Assembly (NCBI GenBank): GCA_965198115.1 | Contig: OZ240241.1 | Span: 4,960,001-5,024,000 of the forward strand | Reading direction: 5' to 3' | Length of the DNA stretch: 64,000 nucleotides | Origin: Candidatus Latescibacterota bacterium | GTDB taxonomy: Bacteria; Latescibacterota; UBA2968 | In this document: piece after piece, positions 44,087 to 54,333 of the stretch | Layout: every line of letters starts with the position of its first letter | How positions within the stretch are numbered: position 1 is the stretch's first letter | Position numbers and translations under genes: made by a program | The notes under the pieces: generated by a model | Databases searched by the model: none | Seen by the model: only the letters and a program-made list of their open reading frames with translations | Told to the model about the DNA's origin: nothing

Positions 44087-44557
44087 ATGAGAATCGAAAA
44101 CGCTATCCACGAATTACGCGGTCCCGACCTTCAGGAACGCCGAAGTGAGGAAGTAAAACGGCGTCGCCAGGCTCCCAAAGCCGGTGACGTGGTTGAACTG
44201 TCCAAGACGGCGCAATCCCTGGGGTCGCAGTCCGTATCGGCCAGCGACCTGAATTCGGTCAACGACGTCCGACAGGCTCGTATAGACGCCGTCAAACAGC
44301 GCGTGGCCGAAGGTTTTTACGACCGACCCGAAGTCCGCCGCGCGATCGCTGATGCGGTTTTGGACTCCGGCGTCGTCGAAGGGGTCAGGCAGGAAGCCCG
44401 ACAGGTGGGGCAAGCCCGTTCAGAAATCGAGAACGTGCCCGAGGTGCGGCTGGAGCGCATCGAGGAGGCCTGCCGACGTGTTGCCTCCAACTTCTACGAT
44501 TCGGCGAACGCTTGAGTCGAGACGGCGAACCGAATCCTGGAAAACATCGTCGGCTGA
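44087..44557 (+). CDS. flgM: FlgM anti-sigma28 factor with duplicated C-terminal module; in-frame TGA at 44513
   Basis: DVVELS; DVRQARIDAVKQRVAEGFY..IADAVL and EVRLERIEEACRRVASNFY..*VETANRIL. Confidence 0.75.
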
Positions 44558-44584
44558 CCTGGACCGACGGAGAAATGTGAGAAC

Positions 44585-44614
44585 GGCGAGGACGAAAGTC
44601 CTCGCCATTTTTTT
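44585..44614 (+). terminator. Intrinsic terminator after flgM (its T-tract is the ISL3 target)
   Basis: GGCGAGGAC-GAAA-GTCCTCGCC-ATTTTTTT. Confidence 0.85.
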
Positions 44615-46033
44615 GGCTCTATCCGGGTTTCTCAACGGTGAAACTATAGAATGACAAGGTCATAGATCGTTCCCTACGCTTGGTTGTGTGTGTAGGACAA
44701 TCAAAGCGAAGGGGGTGCGACCTATGACCGGAGCAGATTACTATCGAAACTGCTGAGATTCAAGGGGTTCCGTGTTGTCAGCTGGTGGTTTGAGGGGAGA
44801 AGCTGCTTCGTCATCGCCGTAAAGCCACATAAGAATGGTTGTTGTTGTCCGGAGTGCGGCCGTCGAGGTAAAATCGTCCGCACAATGCCCCATCCGCGTC
44901 GGTGGCGTGACATTCCGGTGTGCGGGTGGAGGGTCTGGCTTCTCTACCATCCTCGGGAGATTCGGTGTCCTACCCACGGTCGTGTGGTCGAGGAGATTCC
45001 GTGGGCGGAGCGGTTCTCTCGGGTGACGTATCGCTTCGAGTATGCCATGCTGCGCTACTGCCAGACCATGACGCAGAAGGCGGCGTCCGAGTTACTGCGC
45101 ATCTCTGCCTCGACGCTGTCGGATCTCCTTCACCGATCCATCACGCGGCTTCGTGAAGGTCATCGTATCCGAGGGCTCAAAACCATCGGGATCGACGAGA
45201 TCTCCTACGCCAAGCGTCACAGGTACGCCACGCTCGTTTACGATCTGGACCGCTCCTGCGTGGTGTGGGTTGGCCGCGGCAGGGCGCGTAAAACGATCGA
45301 TCGGTTCTTCACAGAGGCTCTCAGTCCCTACCGGAGATCCAAGATCGAGTGGGCCTGCTGCGACATGAGCGAAGCTTACATCGGAGCCATCCAGGAATAT
45401 TGTCCGAATGCCAAGCTGGTCCTCGATCGCTTTCACATCGTCAAGGCTCTCAATGCCGCCGTTGACGAGGTCCGTAAGGACCAGTGGCGTAAAGCTGCCC
45501 CGGATGAGCGCAAAGCCATGAAGGGCCTCCGATGGCTCCTCTACCGGCACTCAGCGACACGCTCCAGAGGGGATACTCGGACACTCAAAGCACTGGAGAA
45601 GGCGAACTACCGAATCTATAGAGCCTGGAGACTCAAGGACGAGTTCGAGCAGTTCTGGGAATACAAAGCGCCCTGGGCTGCCGAACGCTTCCTGAAATGC
45701 TGGACGACGTCCGCACTCAGAAGTCGACTTGAACCCCTGCGAAAGTTCGTCAGGACCCTGCGACAGCACTTCTTCGGCGTCCTCGCATTCGTGAACACGC
45801 GTCTTACCAACGCCATCGCCGAAGGCCTCAACCGAATCGTCCAAATCGTCAAGAACCGAGCCAGCGGATTCCGCACACTCGACGCATTCAACGATATGAT
45901 CTTCCTTACCGTCGGAGACATAAACATCCCTGAGCAGATTCCGAAGAGGTTCCGCACACTCTAACCGCGCCCCCATGCCAGGAACCACGGCACCTTCACC
46001 CACTTCATCTCGTTGAGAGATCCGGATATAGCC
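44615..46033 (+). mobile_element. ISL3 copy 5 (-1 frameshift near transposase start)
   Basis: 1419 bp; TSD ATTTTTTT. Confidence 0.95.
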
Positions 46034-46103
46034 ATTTTTTTTTATCCCGTGACCGCAGGGGGCTGGCAGTCGTATCATTTGGGACCGACCGTCGGTTTAA
46101 GAG

Positions 46104-47231
46104 GTGAACACGGCCGCGATTTCCGAGAGACTGTCGTCTGAACAAGGAAACGATTTACACGTGGGCTCAAGTCTGCGTCATTTTTCTGGTCCTCTACGTT
46201 TTCCTGGCCAGCATAGGGATCATGGGTGCCGCCTTCAAGCTCTATGGGAAGGCCTTCGCCACTCAGCTCGTCGACGCGACCAGCCACCCCGTGCTGGGTC
46301 TATTCGTGGGTATCCTGGCGACGACGCTGGTTCAAAGCTCATCCACGACCACCTCGCTGGTCGTGGGGATCGTAGCCGGAGGAGGATTGGACCTGGTGAC
46401 GGCGATCCCGATTGTTATGGGGGCGAACATCGGGACCAGTGTGACGAATACGCTCGTTTCTATGGGGCATATCACACGCCCCACAGAATTCAGAAGGGCG
46501 ATCGCGGGAGCAACCGTACACGACTTTTTCAACCTCATGGCGGTCGCCGTTCTGCTGCCTGTCGAGCTGGCTTCCGGTATTTTACAGAGATTGGCCACTT
46601 CGGGAGCGGCACTGTTCCAGGATGTTGGAGGCATGAAGCTGGCCAACCCGTTGAAGGCCGCCGTGTCGCCGCTCGTCAAGGCTACAAGCAATGCGACGGG
46701 CAACGAACCGACGCTCCTGTTGCTCGTGTCGCTGATCATGATGTTTCTCGCTTTGCGCCAGTTGGTCAAATCGGCCAGGGGGGTCGTCGTGAGTCGGGCG
46801 GAACCATACCTGGACAGCTATCTGTTCGGGGCGGTATGGAAGTCGATGGTGTTTGGCGTCATCATGACCGTGCTGGTCCAAAGCAGTTCGATTTCGACCT
46901 CGGTTGTCATCCCGCTGGTGGGGGCCGGCCTGCTCACGGTCGCGCAGATCTTTCCGTATACGCTGGGTGCAAACATCGGAACGACCGTAACAGCATTGCT
47001 CGCGGCCATGTCGACCGCGAATATCGTGGCGGTTACGATCGCCCTGGTCCATTTCCTGTTCAACATCGCCGGCATCACCCTGATCTATCCGTTCGAACCC
47101 GTTCGACGTATCCCGCTGAAGCTGGCCGATTGGTTGGCCGACCTCGCCAGTCGCAGGCGGTGGGTCGCCATGACCTACATCGTCGTCCTCTTCTACGCCG
47201 TCCTGCACTTGTCATCACGTTGTGGAGGTAA
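46104..47231 (+). CDS. Na+/phosphate symporter (NptA/SLC34-like); apparent frameshifts near both ends
   Basis: Two QSSS motifs, GANIGTS and GANIGTT. Confidence 0.85.
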   Translation: MNTAAISERLSSEQGNDLHVGSSLRHFSGPLRFPGQHRDHGCRLQALWEGLRHSARRRDQPPRAGSIRGYPGDDAGSKLIHDHLAGRGDRSRRRIGPGDGDPDCYGGEHRDQCDEYARFYGAYHTPHRIQKGDRGSNRTRLFQPHGGRRSAACRAGFRYFTEIGHFGSGTVPGCWRHEAGQPVEGRRVAARQGYKQCDGQRTDAPVARVADHDVSRFAPVGQIGQGGRRESGGTIPGQLSVRGGMEVDGVWRHHDRAGPKQFDFDLGCHPAGGGRPAHGRADLSVYAGCKHRNDRNSIARGHVDREYRGGYDRPGPFPVQHRRHHPDLSVRTRSTYPAEAGRLVGRPRQSQAVGRHDLHRRPLLRRPALVITLWR

Positions 47232-47234
47232 GGG

Positions 47235-47894
47235 ATGTGGTCCTTTTTCGCGAGTGACCCCAAGAAAAGTCATCTGATTAACCGTGCGTTCGACGAAATG
47301 TCCGAGATGCTCGTGCAGGATCTCAGCCTCGTGTCTGCGGCTAGCGACTGCCTGGCAGGAAAGGCTCCGCCGCCTCCCGACGTGACGTCGATCGAAGACC
47401 GTGTCAATTCGAGCGAGCGGCTTATCAGAAGGCTGATCCTGGAACATCTCACGCTGAATCCAGAGCAGGACCTGTCGGCCAGTCTTGCTCTCTTGTCCGT
47501 GGTTCACGACGTAGAGCGGATCGGAGATTATGCGAAGAGTATCATGGAACTCGCTGCCATTGCCCCAGGGCTGAAGCTGGATTCGGACCCGGGTCGGGTC
47601 ATTGGCGAGTTGATACAGGAAGTGCCCGACATCCTACGATCGACCGCCGAGGCGTTCAGCCGTTCGGACACAGACCAAGCCTGTCAGGTCATGGCCCGTC
47701 ATAGAGAGATCAAGGGACGTACCGATGCGCTGCTCGAACAGGTCGTCTCAGACCGCGATACGAACGGTGAAGCGGTGGCGTTGGCCGTGGCATCTCGTTA
47801 CCTGAGGCGCATCAGCGCACACGCATCGAACGTGGCTTCGTCGATCGTTAATCCACTGGATCTGGTTTCGAGGAACGATACGCTGGCAGAATAG
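47235..47894 (+). CDS. PhoU-domain protein
   Basis: ED.VN..ER, DVERIGDYAK, YLRRISAHASN. Confidence 0.85.
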   Translation: MWSFFASDPKKSHLINRAFDEMSEMLVQDLSLVSAASDCLAGKAPPPPDVTSIEDRVNSSERLIRRLILEHLTLNPEQDLSASLALLSVVHDVERIGDYAKSIMELAAIAPGLKLDSDPGRVIGELIQEVPDILRSTAEAFSRSDTDQACQVMARHREIKGRTDALLEQVVSDRDTNGEAVALAVASRYLRRISAHASNVASSIVNPLDLVSRNDTLAE

Positions 47895-47943
47895 CGGTAG
47901 AGGCGAACCGAGTGCAGATCGTGTTTCAGGCGGGGTTGACGCG

Positions 47944-48578
47944 TTACATAGTCGTGGGGGCTGAGAAAGAGAAGCGTAGACCAAAGTGGACCTGGGTGCT
48001 GACCGCACCACGGTTGAACACGAACACGGGTGCGAGTCCGAGCTCGACGGATGTCATCCCCGACACGGGAAAAAGGACGGCGACTCTTGGAGACAGTGCG
48101 AGAGCTGCGTCGGTCGTTCTGGTAGATGAACCGCTGGCTGTCGGGTTCTCGATGCGATCGATCGTGCCACCGATCCATCCGCCCTGGGGTGCATACGCTT
48201 TGGCGACCGTCGCGACTCGGGAGAATCCACCTCTGAGGGATAGCGCAGCCGTCGGTCGCCCCTGTCCCGGCTGGCTGGTGGTGAAATGCAGCCCCGTAAG
48301 GGCGGTCATTTGGCTGCTCTTCCTCTGAGCTTGGGTGGCGAGCGTCGCGTCCTCGAGCTGAATGGGGACGTAGATGAACTCGGCTTCGAATCCCCAGTTT
48401 CCAGTTGCCGCGATGGAGCCGTTGAGTTCGATCGATAGGCTCAGATCGGCCACGTCGGCATCGTCGCCAGTAGGCAGAAACAGACCACCTCCGATCGAGC
48501 CCGTCATGACGATCGGCTGGTCACCACCCCAGGCTTGACCTGCGATCAGTAGAAGGATGACGACGAATCGACTGTGCA
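47944..48578 (-). CDS. Outer-membrane beta-barrel-like protein
   Basis: Signal peptide, alternating beta strands, GLRFSF near the C-terminus. Confidence 0.6.
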
Positions 48579-48611
48579 TTGGGATTGCCTGCGTTTGCGA
48601 AAGGATAACCA

Positions 48612-49751
48612 ATGGCTGTCATCGTGGATGGAAAGCGCCGGATTCCGTTCCTGCGGGGCATGCTCACCCACTACCTGCTGGAGCAGGGCCTCAGCTTCCA
48701 GGATGCCTATTCGGTTGCTGACAAGATCCGCAGCGACATTCAGAAGCGCAAGACGATTCCAGCCGAGAAGATGGTGGAGCTCGTCCACACACACGTTGGC
48801 GAAACGGACGGTGACCGGTCGATTGGCGACTGTTTGTTCTGGCGGCCGCGAACGCAAAACGTGGTTGTCGAAGACGCGGACGGTTTTCGCCCTTTTTCCA
48901 GAGAACGTCTTGCACAGTCGATCGCCATCACGGGGGTGGCTGAAGAAGAAGCCTACACGCTTGCCGAAGGACTTCTAGGAAGGTTTCGGGCGGAAGAACG
49001 CGATGCAGTGAGCCGGTCCAATATCCAAAAGGCCGTCGCGGCATCCCTCAAATCAGAATACGGAGCAGACTACGCCGATCGCTATCGTGTCTGGCATCGT
49101 TTTCGTCGCCGTGGGGCGCAACCGCTCGTCATTCTTGTTGGGGGGACGAGTGGAGTCGGAAAGACATCGATCGGTGTGGCTGTCGCGAACCGCCTCAAGA
49201 TCTCTCGTGTGGCCTCGACGGATGACATCCGGCAAGTGATGCGGCTGATGATCGCCCCCAACTTGATGCCGGGGCTTCACGTTTCGAGCTACCAAGCTTG
49301 GGAATCCGCTACGGCCGTCCAAGAGGAGTCCGACCCTGTGGTCGCGGGCTTCAGGGAGCAGGCGTTGAGAGTCTGCGTCGGCGTGAGGGGCGCGATCGAA
49401 AGGGCCATTCAGGAGAACGTGAGTCTGGTCATCGATGGCGTACACCTGATTCCAGATCTGCTTCAACTCGAACAGTTCGAGAAGAAGGCGATTTTCATTC
49501 ACGCGAACCTGTTTCTGTCCGACGAAGCTCTGTTTCGTGAGCGATATACGGCGAGGGGTGAAGAGGCCGAAGGCCGGCCGAGCCATCGATACCTGAAGCA
49601 TCTGGAGCAGATTATGGCGATCCAATCCCATATTCTCCAGCAATCGGAAGCGATCGGCATTCCATCCTACGAAAACAACGACTTCGACGAAACGGTGCAG
49701 AGCGTCTGTCTCCAGATCATGGACCATCTGCGAAAACACTGGGGTAAATAG
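48612..49751 (+). CDS. 2-phosphoglycerate-kinase-like P-loop kinase with two ATP-cone domains
   Basis: PFLRGML and PFSRERLA cone starts; GGTSGVGKT; STDDIRQVMR; LHVSSY; IDGVH. Confidence 0.8.
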   Translation: MAVIVDGKRRIPFLRGMLTHYLLEQGLSFQDAYSVADKIRSDIQKRKTIPAEKMVELVHTHVGETDGDRSIGDCLFWRPRTQNVVVEDADGFRPFSRERLAQSIAITGVAEEEAYTLAEGLLGRFRAEERDAVSRSNIQKAVAASLKSEYGADYADRYRVWHRFRRRGAQPLVILVGGTSGVGKTSIGVAVANRLKISRVASTDDIRQVMRLMIAPNLMPGLHVSSYQAWESATAVQEESDPVVAGFREQALRVCVGVRGAIERAIQENVSLVIDGVHLIPDLLQLEQFEKKAIFIHANLFLSDEALFRERYTARGEEAEGRPSHRYLKHLEQIMAIQSHILQQSEAIGIPSYENNDFDETVQSVCLQIMDHLRKHWGK

Positions 49752-49753
49752 AC

Positions 49754-50578
49754 GTGATCGATACGCACGTCCACCTGGGGCAACTTCGCTACGAGGATCC
49801 CGGCATGACGCCGGCGAAGATGCTGCGATGGATGGATAGACACGGTATCGAGAAGGCTGTCGTGATGGCGGTCGAGGTGCCGGAAGAGCTGGACTACCTG
49901 GTCACCACGCGCGATCTCTTGAAGATGACGCGCCGTCACCGCGACAGGCTACTTCCTCTCTGTGCGGCCGATCCAAGACACCGATATCCTGGAAGGTTCG
50001 ACCCCTACCCGATTTTGAAGGCTTACGTGGATGACGGTTGTGTGGGTTATGGCGAGAACCTGTGCGGCCTGCCCGTGGACGATCCGATGCAGCAACGCGT
50101 TTACGAGGCGTGTGACCGACTGAAACTGCCGATCGTGATGCACATCGACTGGTGGATCAACCGCGACAAGCCAGGACTGCCGGGATTCGAGAAAATGATC
50201 GCCACCTACAGACACGTGAAATGGGTGGGTCACGCTCAGTACTTCTGGCGTGAGGTCAGTGCCAAGGTTCCGAGGAAAGTCAGTTATCCGACAGGCCCTG
50301 TCGTGCCCGGGGGAAGGCTCGACGCGCTGTTCAAAAAATACAAGAACCTCTACGCCGATCTTTCCGCGGGGTCCGGTTACAACGCGATTACCCGTGATCC
50401 GGAGTTCGGAATCGCCTTCCTCAAGCGATGGAAACACCGATTGATGTTCGCGACGGACAAACTTCGGTCCAAGCAGGACGTGGGTATCATCGACTACATC
50501 AGACGTGTGGATATCGGGGAAGATGCGAGAAAACGGATTACGCGGATGAATGCGGAAAAAGTGTTTGGATTGAAGTAA
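49754..50578 (+). CDS. Amidohydrolase_2 family protein
   Basis: IDTHVH, VMH, VGH, DLSAGSG, FATD. Confidence 0.85.
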   Translation: MIDTHVHLGQLRYEDPGMTPAKMLRWMDRHGIEKAVVMAVEVPEELDYLVTTRDLLKMTRRHRDRLLPLCAADPRHRYPGRFDPYPILKAYVDDGCVGYGENLCGLPVDDPMQQRVYEACDRLKLPIVMHIDWWINRDKPGLPGFEKMIATYRHVKWVGHAQYFWREVSAKVPRKVSYPTGPVVPGGRLDALFKKYKNLYADLSAGSGYNAITRDPEFGIAFLKRWKHRLMFATDKLRSKQDVGIIDYIRRVDIGEDARKRITRMNAEKVFGLK

Positions 50579-50668
50579 GAAGTAAGAAGTAAGAAGATAG
50601 AGGGGGTGATGGCCAGACGGTTGTCACCCCTTTTGTCACGATGGGCAGACGCGGGACGATTTTGCGGG

Positions 50669-50696
50669 GTAGGGACGGTTCGCGAACCGTCCCTAC
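50669..50696. repeat. Perfect GTAG-type REP palindrome overlapping a stop codon
   Basis: GTAGGGACGGTTCGCGAACCGTCCCTAC. Confidence 0.85.
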
Positions 50697-51610
50697 AGGA
50701 TACCCTTTGACTTGAGTAGCTTACGAACGCGTGCACGATCCTTGCGGTCCAGCCGTTGGCCCGTTGCCCTTATGGGGCCCCCGGCAAGCCCCATCATTTC
50801 AAGACCGGCCTTGAGCATGGCGTTGCCGAGTTCCTGGCGCATCGTCGTCAGCACTTCGAATTCGTCCCGAAGGGCCATGGCCTGTTTCCATCGCCCGTTG
50901 AGGGCGGCGTTGTGGAGCCGGATGGAGAGTGGGAGCGTGAGGTTGGCCATCCCGGTGGTGAAACCGACCGCGCCGGCCAGGTAGTAATACGGCACCATGT
51001 TTTCGCCACCGCCGGTGATGAAGGGGATGGCGTTGTTCGTGACGTGGCACCCCGTGCGGACCCAGTCGACGGCACCGCTTTCCTCTTTGATGGCGACGAC
51101 CTGCGGCATTTTGGCGAACCGTTTGACCAGGTCGATCGAGAGTGTCTGCTTGGGTGCTCGAAACGGGAGGAATCCGAGGTCGACGGCTCGAGCGATTCGT
51201 CGGTGGCGATCCCAGATGGCGGCGTCACCCCGTTTGACGATCGGTTCGTGCGGCATGATGAGGAGGGCATCGGCGCCCGCGTCCTCGACAGCTCGGGCGA
51301 TTCGCACGGCCATCGGATTCGGACCTCGTACCCCACAGACCACCTTGCAACGTTCCTCAGCACCCGCAACCGCCGCAGCCGCGACATCGACGATCTCGCC
51401 GGGTGCCAGGCTGTCGATTTCGCCCGACCCTCCGCAAAGGACCATCGTTTTTTCTCCGCGCACGGCCGAGAAAGAGGCGACGTTGCCCTCGACGCCCGCC
51501 AGGTCCACGTGGTGGCGGCCACGTCCGTTCGTCGTCGTTTTGAAAGGGGTCATGACGAAGACGTAGACCCCCTTGGCGTCGAACCTTGCTCGCAAGCGCA
51601 TATTCACCAT
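50693..51610 (-). CDS. DHDPS/NAL-family lyase
   Basis: TPF, GGSGE, VAIKE (Schiff-base Lys). Confidence 0.85.
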   Translation of the reverse strand: MVNMRLRARFDAKGVYVFVMTPFKTTTNGRGRHHVDLAGVEGNVASFSAVRGEKTMVLCGGSGEIDSLAPGEIVDVAAAAVAGAEERCKVVCGVRGPNPMAVRIARAVEDAGADALLIMPHEPIVKRGDAAIWDRHRRIARAVDLGFLPFRAPKQTLSIDLVKRFAKMPQVVAIKEESGAVDWVRTGCHVTNNAIPFITGGGENMVPYYYLAGAVGFTTGMANLTLPLSIRLHNAALNGRWKQAMALRDEFEVLTTMRQELGNAMLKAGLEMMGLAGGPIRATGQRLDRKDRARVRKLLKSKGIL

Positions 51611-51640
51611 CCAATCGAACGTGACGTCGATGTCATCGCT

Positions 51641-52405
51641 CTACCGATAGGCGTCGAATGCCGCGGCCAGGTTGCGCATCCCGGCGGCGACCAGACCCCC
51701 GTCGGAGCCGAGCGCAATGAACGTGAAGCCAGCTTCGACGGTCGAGGCGACCTGCGCGTCGTTCAGGAGGAGGATGCCCGCGGCTTTGCCCGCGTTCTGC
51801 GCGGCCTTGACCACGCGGTCGCGTGCTTCGAGGAACTTGGGATTGTCGAACTGCTCGGGAATGCCCAGGTTCACGCTGAGGTCGAGGGGGCCGATGAAGA
51901 GCACGTCGACGCCGTCGATGGCGGCGATGTCGTCGATGTTGGCGAGGGCATCGGTGGTTTCGATCTGGACGACCGTCGTAAGCAGTTCGTGGGAGCGTCC
52001 GAAGTACTCGTCGAAGTCCTGACCGAACCCGCTGGCACGGTTCAGCTTGGCGACGCCCCGGATACCGCGGGGTGGATATCGCATAGAAGCCACGGCCTGT
52101 TCGGCCTCTTCGACCGTGCTAACGTAGGGGACCATAATGCCCGACGCACCGAGGTCGAGCACCCGCTTGAATCGGGGCGGGTCATTGTTGGCGATGCGAA
52201 CGACCGGCGCCGCGGGCGTGCCGCCGATCGCCTGGAGCTGGGGGCCGAGGGCCTCCTGGTCGCCCGAGCCGTGCTCGATGTCGACGAGCAGCCAATCGAA
52301 ACCGGCGACTCCGGCCATCTCCGCGGTCAAACTGGAACCCAGATTGATGAACGTCCCCGTCAGGAGCTCGCGGTTGAGGGCGCGCTCACGGATCGATTGA
52401 ATCAT
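51641..52405 (-). CDS. HpcH/HpaI aldolase
   Basis: DIEHG, RYPP.G.RG, QIET, FIGPLDLS. Confidence 0.9.
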   Translation of the reverse strand: MIQSIRERALNRELLTGTFINLGSSLTAEMAGVAGFDWLLVDIEHGSGDQEALGPQLQAIGGTPAAPVVRIANNDPPRFKRVLDLGASGIMVPYVSTVEEAEQAVASMRYPPRGIRGVAKLNRASGFGQDFDEYFGRSHELLTTVVQIETTDALANIDDIAAIDGVDVLFIGPLDLSVNLGIPEQFDNPKFLEARDRVVKAAQNAGKAAGILLLNDAQVASTVEAGFTFIALGSDGGLVAAGMRNLAAAFDAYR

Positions 52406-52476
52406 AGCGTGTTCCTCTTGGTCACTTGTGTGTAACGGGGCTTGCCGGTGTGGCGGCGGAGACTCGATCGATGGAC

Positions 52477-52734
52477 TTAGGGGTGGTCGAGTTCGTCGTC
52501 GCAGGCGGGTCGATCGGGATCGTCCGTGACGACGCCGGCTTCGAGGAACTCGAGCGCCTTTGTGTAGCTGCGACGCTCCAGGAAGTGGGCCAACTGTGGA
52601 GGCGCCGTGGCCTGGATCTCGCCCTGGAGGCGGGTGATCTCGACGAGTTCCTGGGCGATGGGCTCCTTTCGTCCGATCTTATCGAACATCGATCGCAGGC
52701 TTGAGACGAGGGACTGGAGCTGATCTTCGGTCAT
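52477..52734 (-). CDS. Small hypothetical protein
   Basis: GGAGG RBS; ...PQLAHFLERRSYTKALEFL. Confidence 0.65.
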   Translation of the reverse strand: MTEDQLQSLVSSLRSMFDKIGRKEPIAQELVEITRLQGEIQATAPPQLAHFLERRSYTKALEFLEAGVVTDDPDRPACDDELDHP

Positions 52735-52933
52735 GCGGGCATCCTCCGAGGGTTCTAGCACAGTTTAGGGGAGCGACCATAGGGTGTCAAGATGCCAGAA
52801 CTGGAGGAGCACACCTTTCAGTCTTTTGTTCCAGGTCGACGATTTCAGTGACGATCACAGGCCACACCTTGCCTGTCGCATGGACCGTGCATAAATTCAG
52901 CTTAGTGGTCTGTGATAAAGTACCCGGGCTATC

Positions 52934-54304
52934 GAGCTATAATCAAAAGGTGTGGAAAAAGAGAAAGGGCGACCCTACCCTTCCCGTGAGATAGTTGATT
53001 CACACAAAACCGGGTGAGAGGCCCGGTTGGGAAGGAGGATCGCCGTGAAGGAACATACGCATAGAGCCCCATTGAAGTCCATGCCGACGTGGGAGACGGT
53101 TGACGATTGGATCCGTGAAGAGATCCAGGGCCGGTTCCAGTCCATTCTGGAGGAGGAGGCGACCGCGTTCTTGGGCCGGTCGTGGTATGAGCGCCGAGCC
53201 GAGGTCGATAGCTCCAGGGGCTACAGGAACGGCTACGGCAAGCCCCGGCGTCTCTCGACGAGCTGCGGAACGATCAAGGTCCGGCGTCCCCGGGTTCGTG
53301 GTCTGGAAGAGCGGTTTGAAAGCCGCATCCTCCCCCTGTTCGCCCGGAGAACCAGGGCCATTGGAGATCTGCTTCCCGACCTTTATCTCCACGGTCTCTC
53401 CCAGGGCGACTTCGAGTTGTCTTTGCGTGCGCTGCTCGGTGATGGCGCGCCGCTTTCGCCGACCTCGATCGCTCGTCTTCGAGGGAAGTGGGAGGTCGAC
53501 TTCCAGGACTGGAAAGAAAGGCGTCTGGATAATCGCGTGGTCTACGCCTGGGCTGATGGCATCTACGTCAAAGCCGGGCTCGAGCGCGAGAAGGCGTGTC
53601 TGCTGGTCGTGATCGGCGCGATGAGCGACGGCAGCAAGGAGATCCTGGCGATAGAACCCGGTTATCGAGAGTCTACAGAATCCTGGCTCACGGTGCTACG
53701 GGATCTCCGGGATCGCGGGCTCGAACATCCTGTCCTGATCGCCGCGGACGGGAATATGGGCATCTGGGCGGCCGTTGATCAGGTCTGGCCAGAGAGCCGG
53801 CAACAACGGTGCTGGAACCACAAGATCCTCAACGTGCTCGACAAGGTCGCCAAGCGTGCACAGGCTGAAGCCCGCGCACTGCTCGTCCAGATCCCCTATG
53901 CCGGCACGAAAAAGGAGGCCGAGAAGCTCCGGAAACGCTTTGCCGCACGGTATCGCTCACAGTTCCCTGCCGCCGTGGAGACGCTCGAAAGAGACTGGGA
54001 TCGGATGGTCACGTTCTACGACTTCCCGAAGGAACACTGGAAACACCTGAGAACCACGAACGTCGTCGAGAGCCCCTTTGCTTCCGTTCGGCTTCGCACA
54101 AACGCCGCCAGGCGATTCAAGAAAGTCAGGAACGCCACGACTCTCATCTGGCGTACGCTCAAGGTCGCAGAGAGCCGATTCAGGAAACTCACCGCGCCAC
54201 ACTTGCTACAACAAGTCTACGATCAGAAACACTCAACCGAACCGCAGGTCGAAGCCGGGAAGATGGCCGCCTGATTTCTTTTACACACCTATTGACCTGA
54301 GCTC
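52934..54304 (+). mobile_element. IS256-family element (transposase 53045-54274)
   Basis: IRs GAGCT....TCAA.AGGTGTG.AAAA; 9-bp TSD CGGGCTATC; WADG, ADG, QRCWNHK, RTTNVVES. Confidence 0.93.
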
Positions 54305-54333
54305 CGGGCTATCACCTTCTGGAGACTGGCACA

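Noticed and set aside
50756-52435. Long antisense ORFs (559 aa here; also 58376-59506 and 14920-16077)
   Set aside because: Shadow frames opposite well-supported genes in GC-rich DNA
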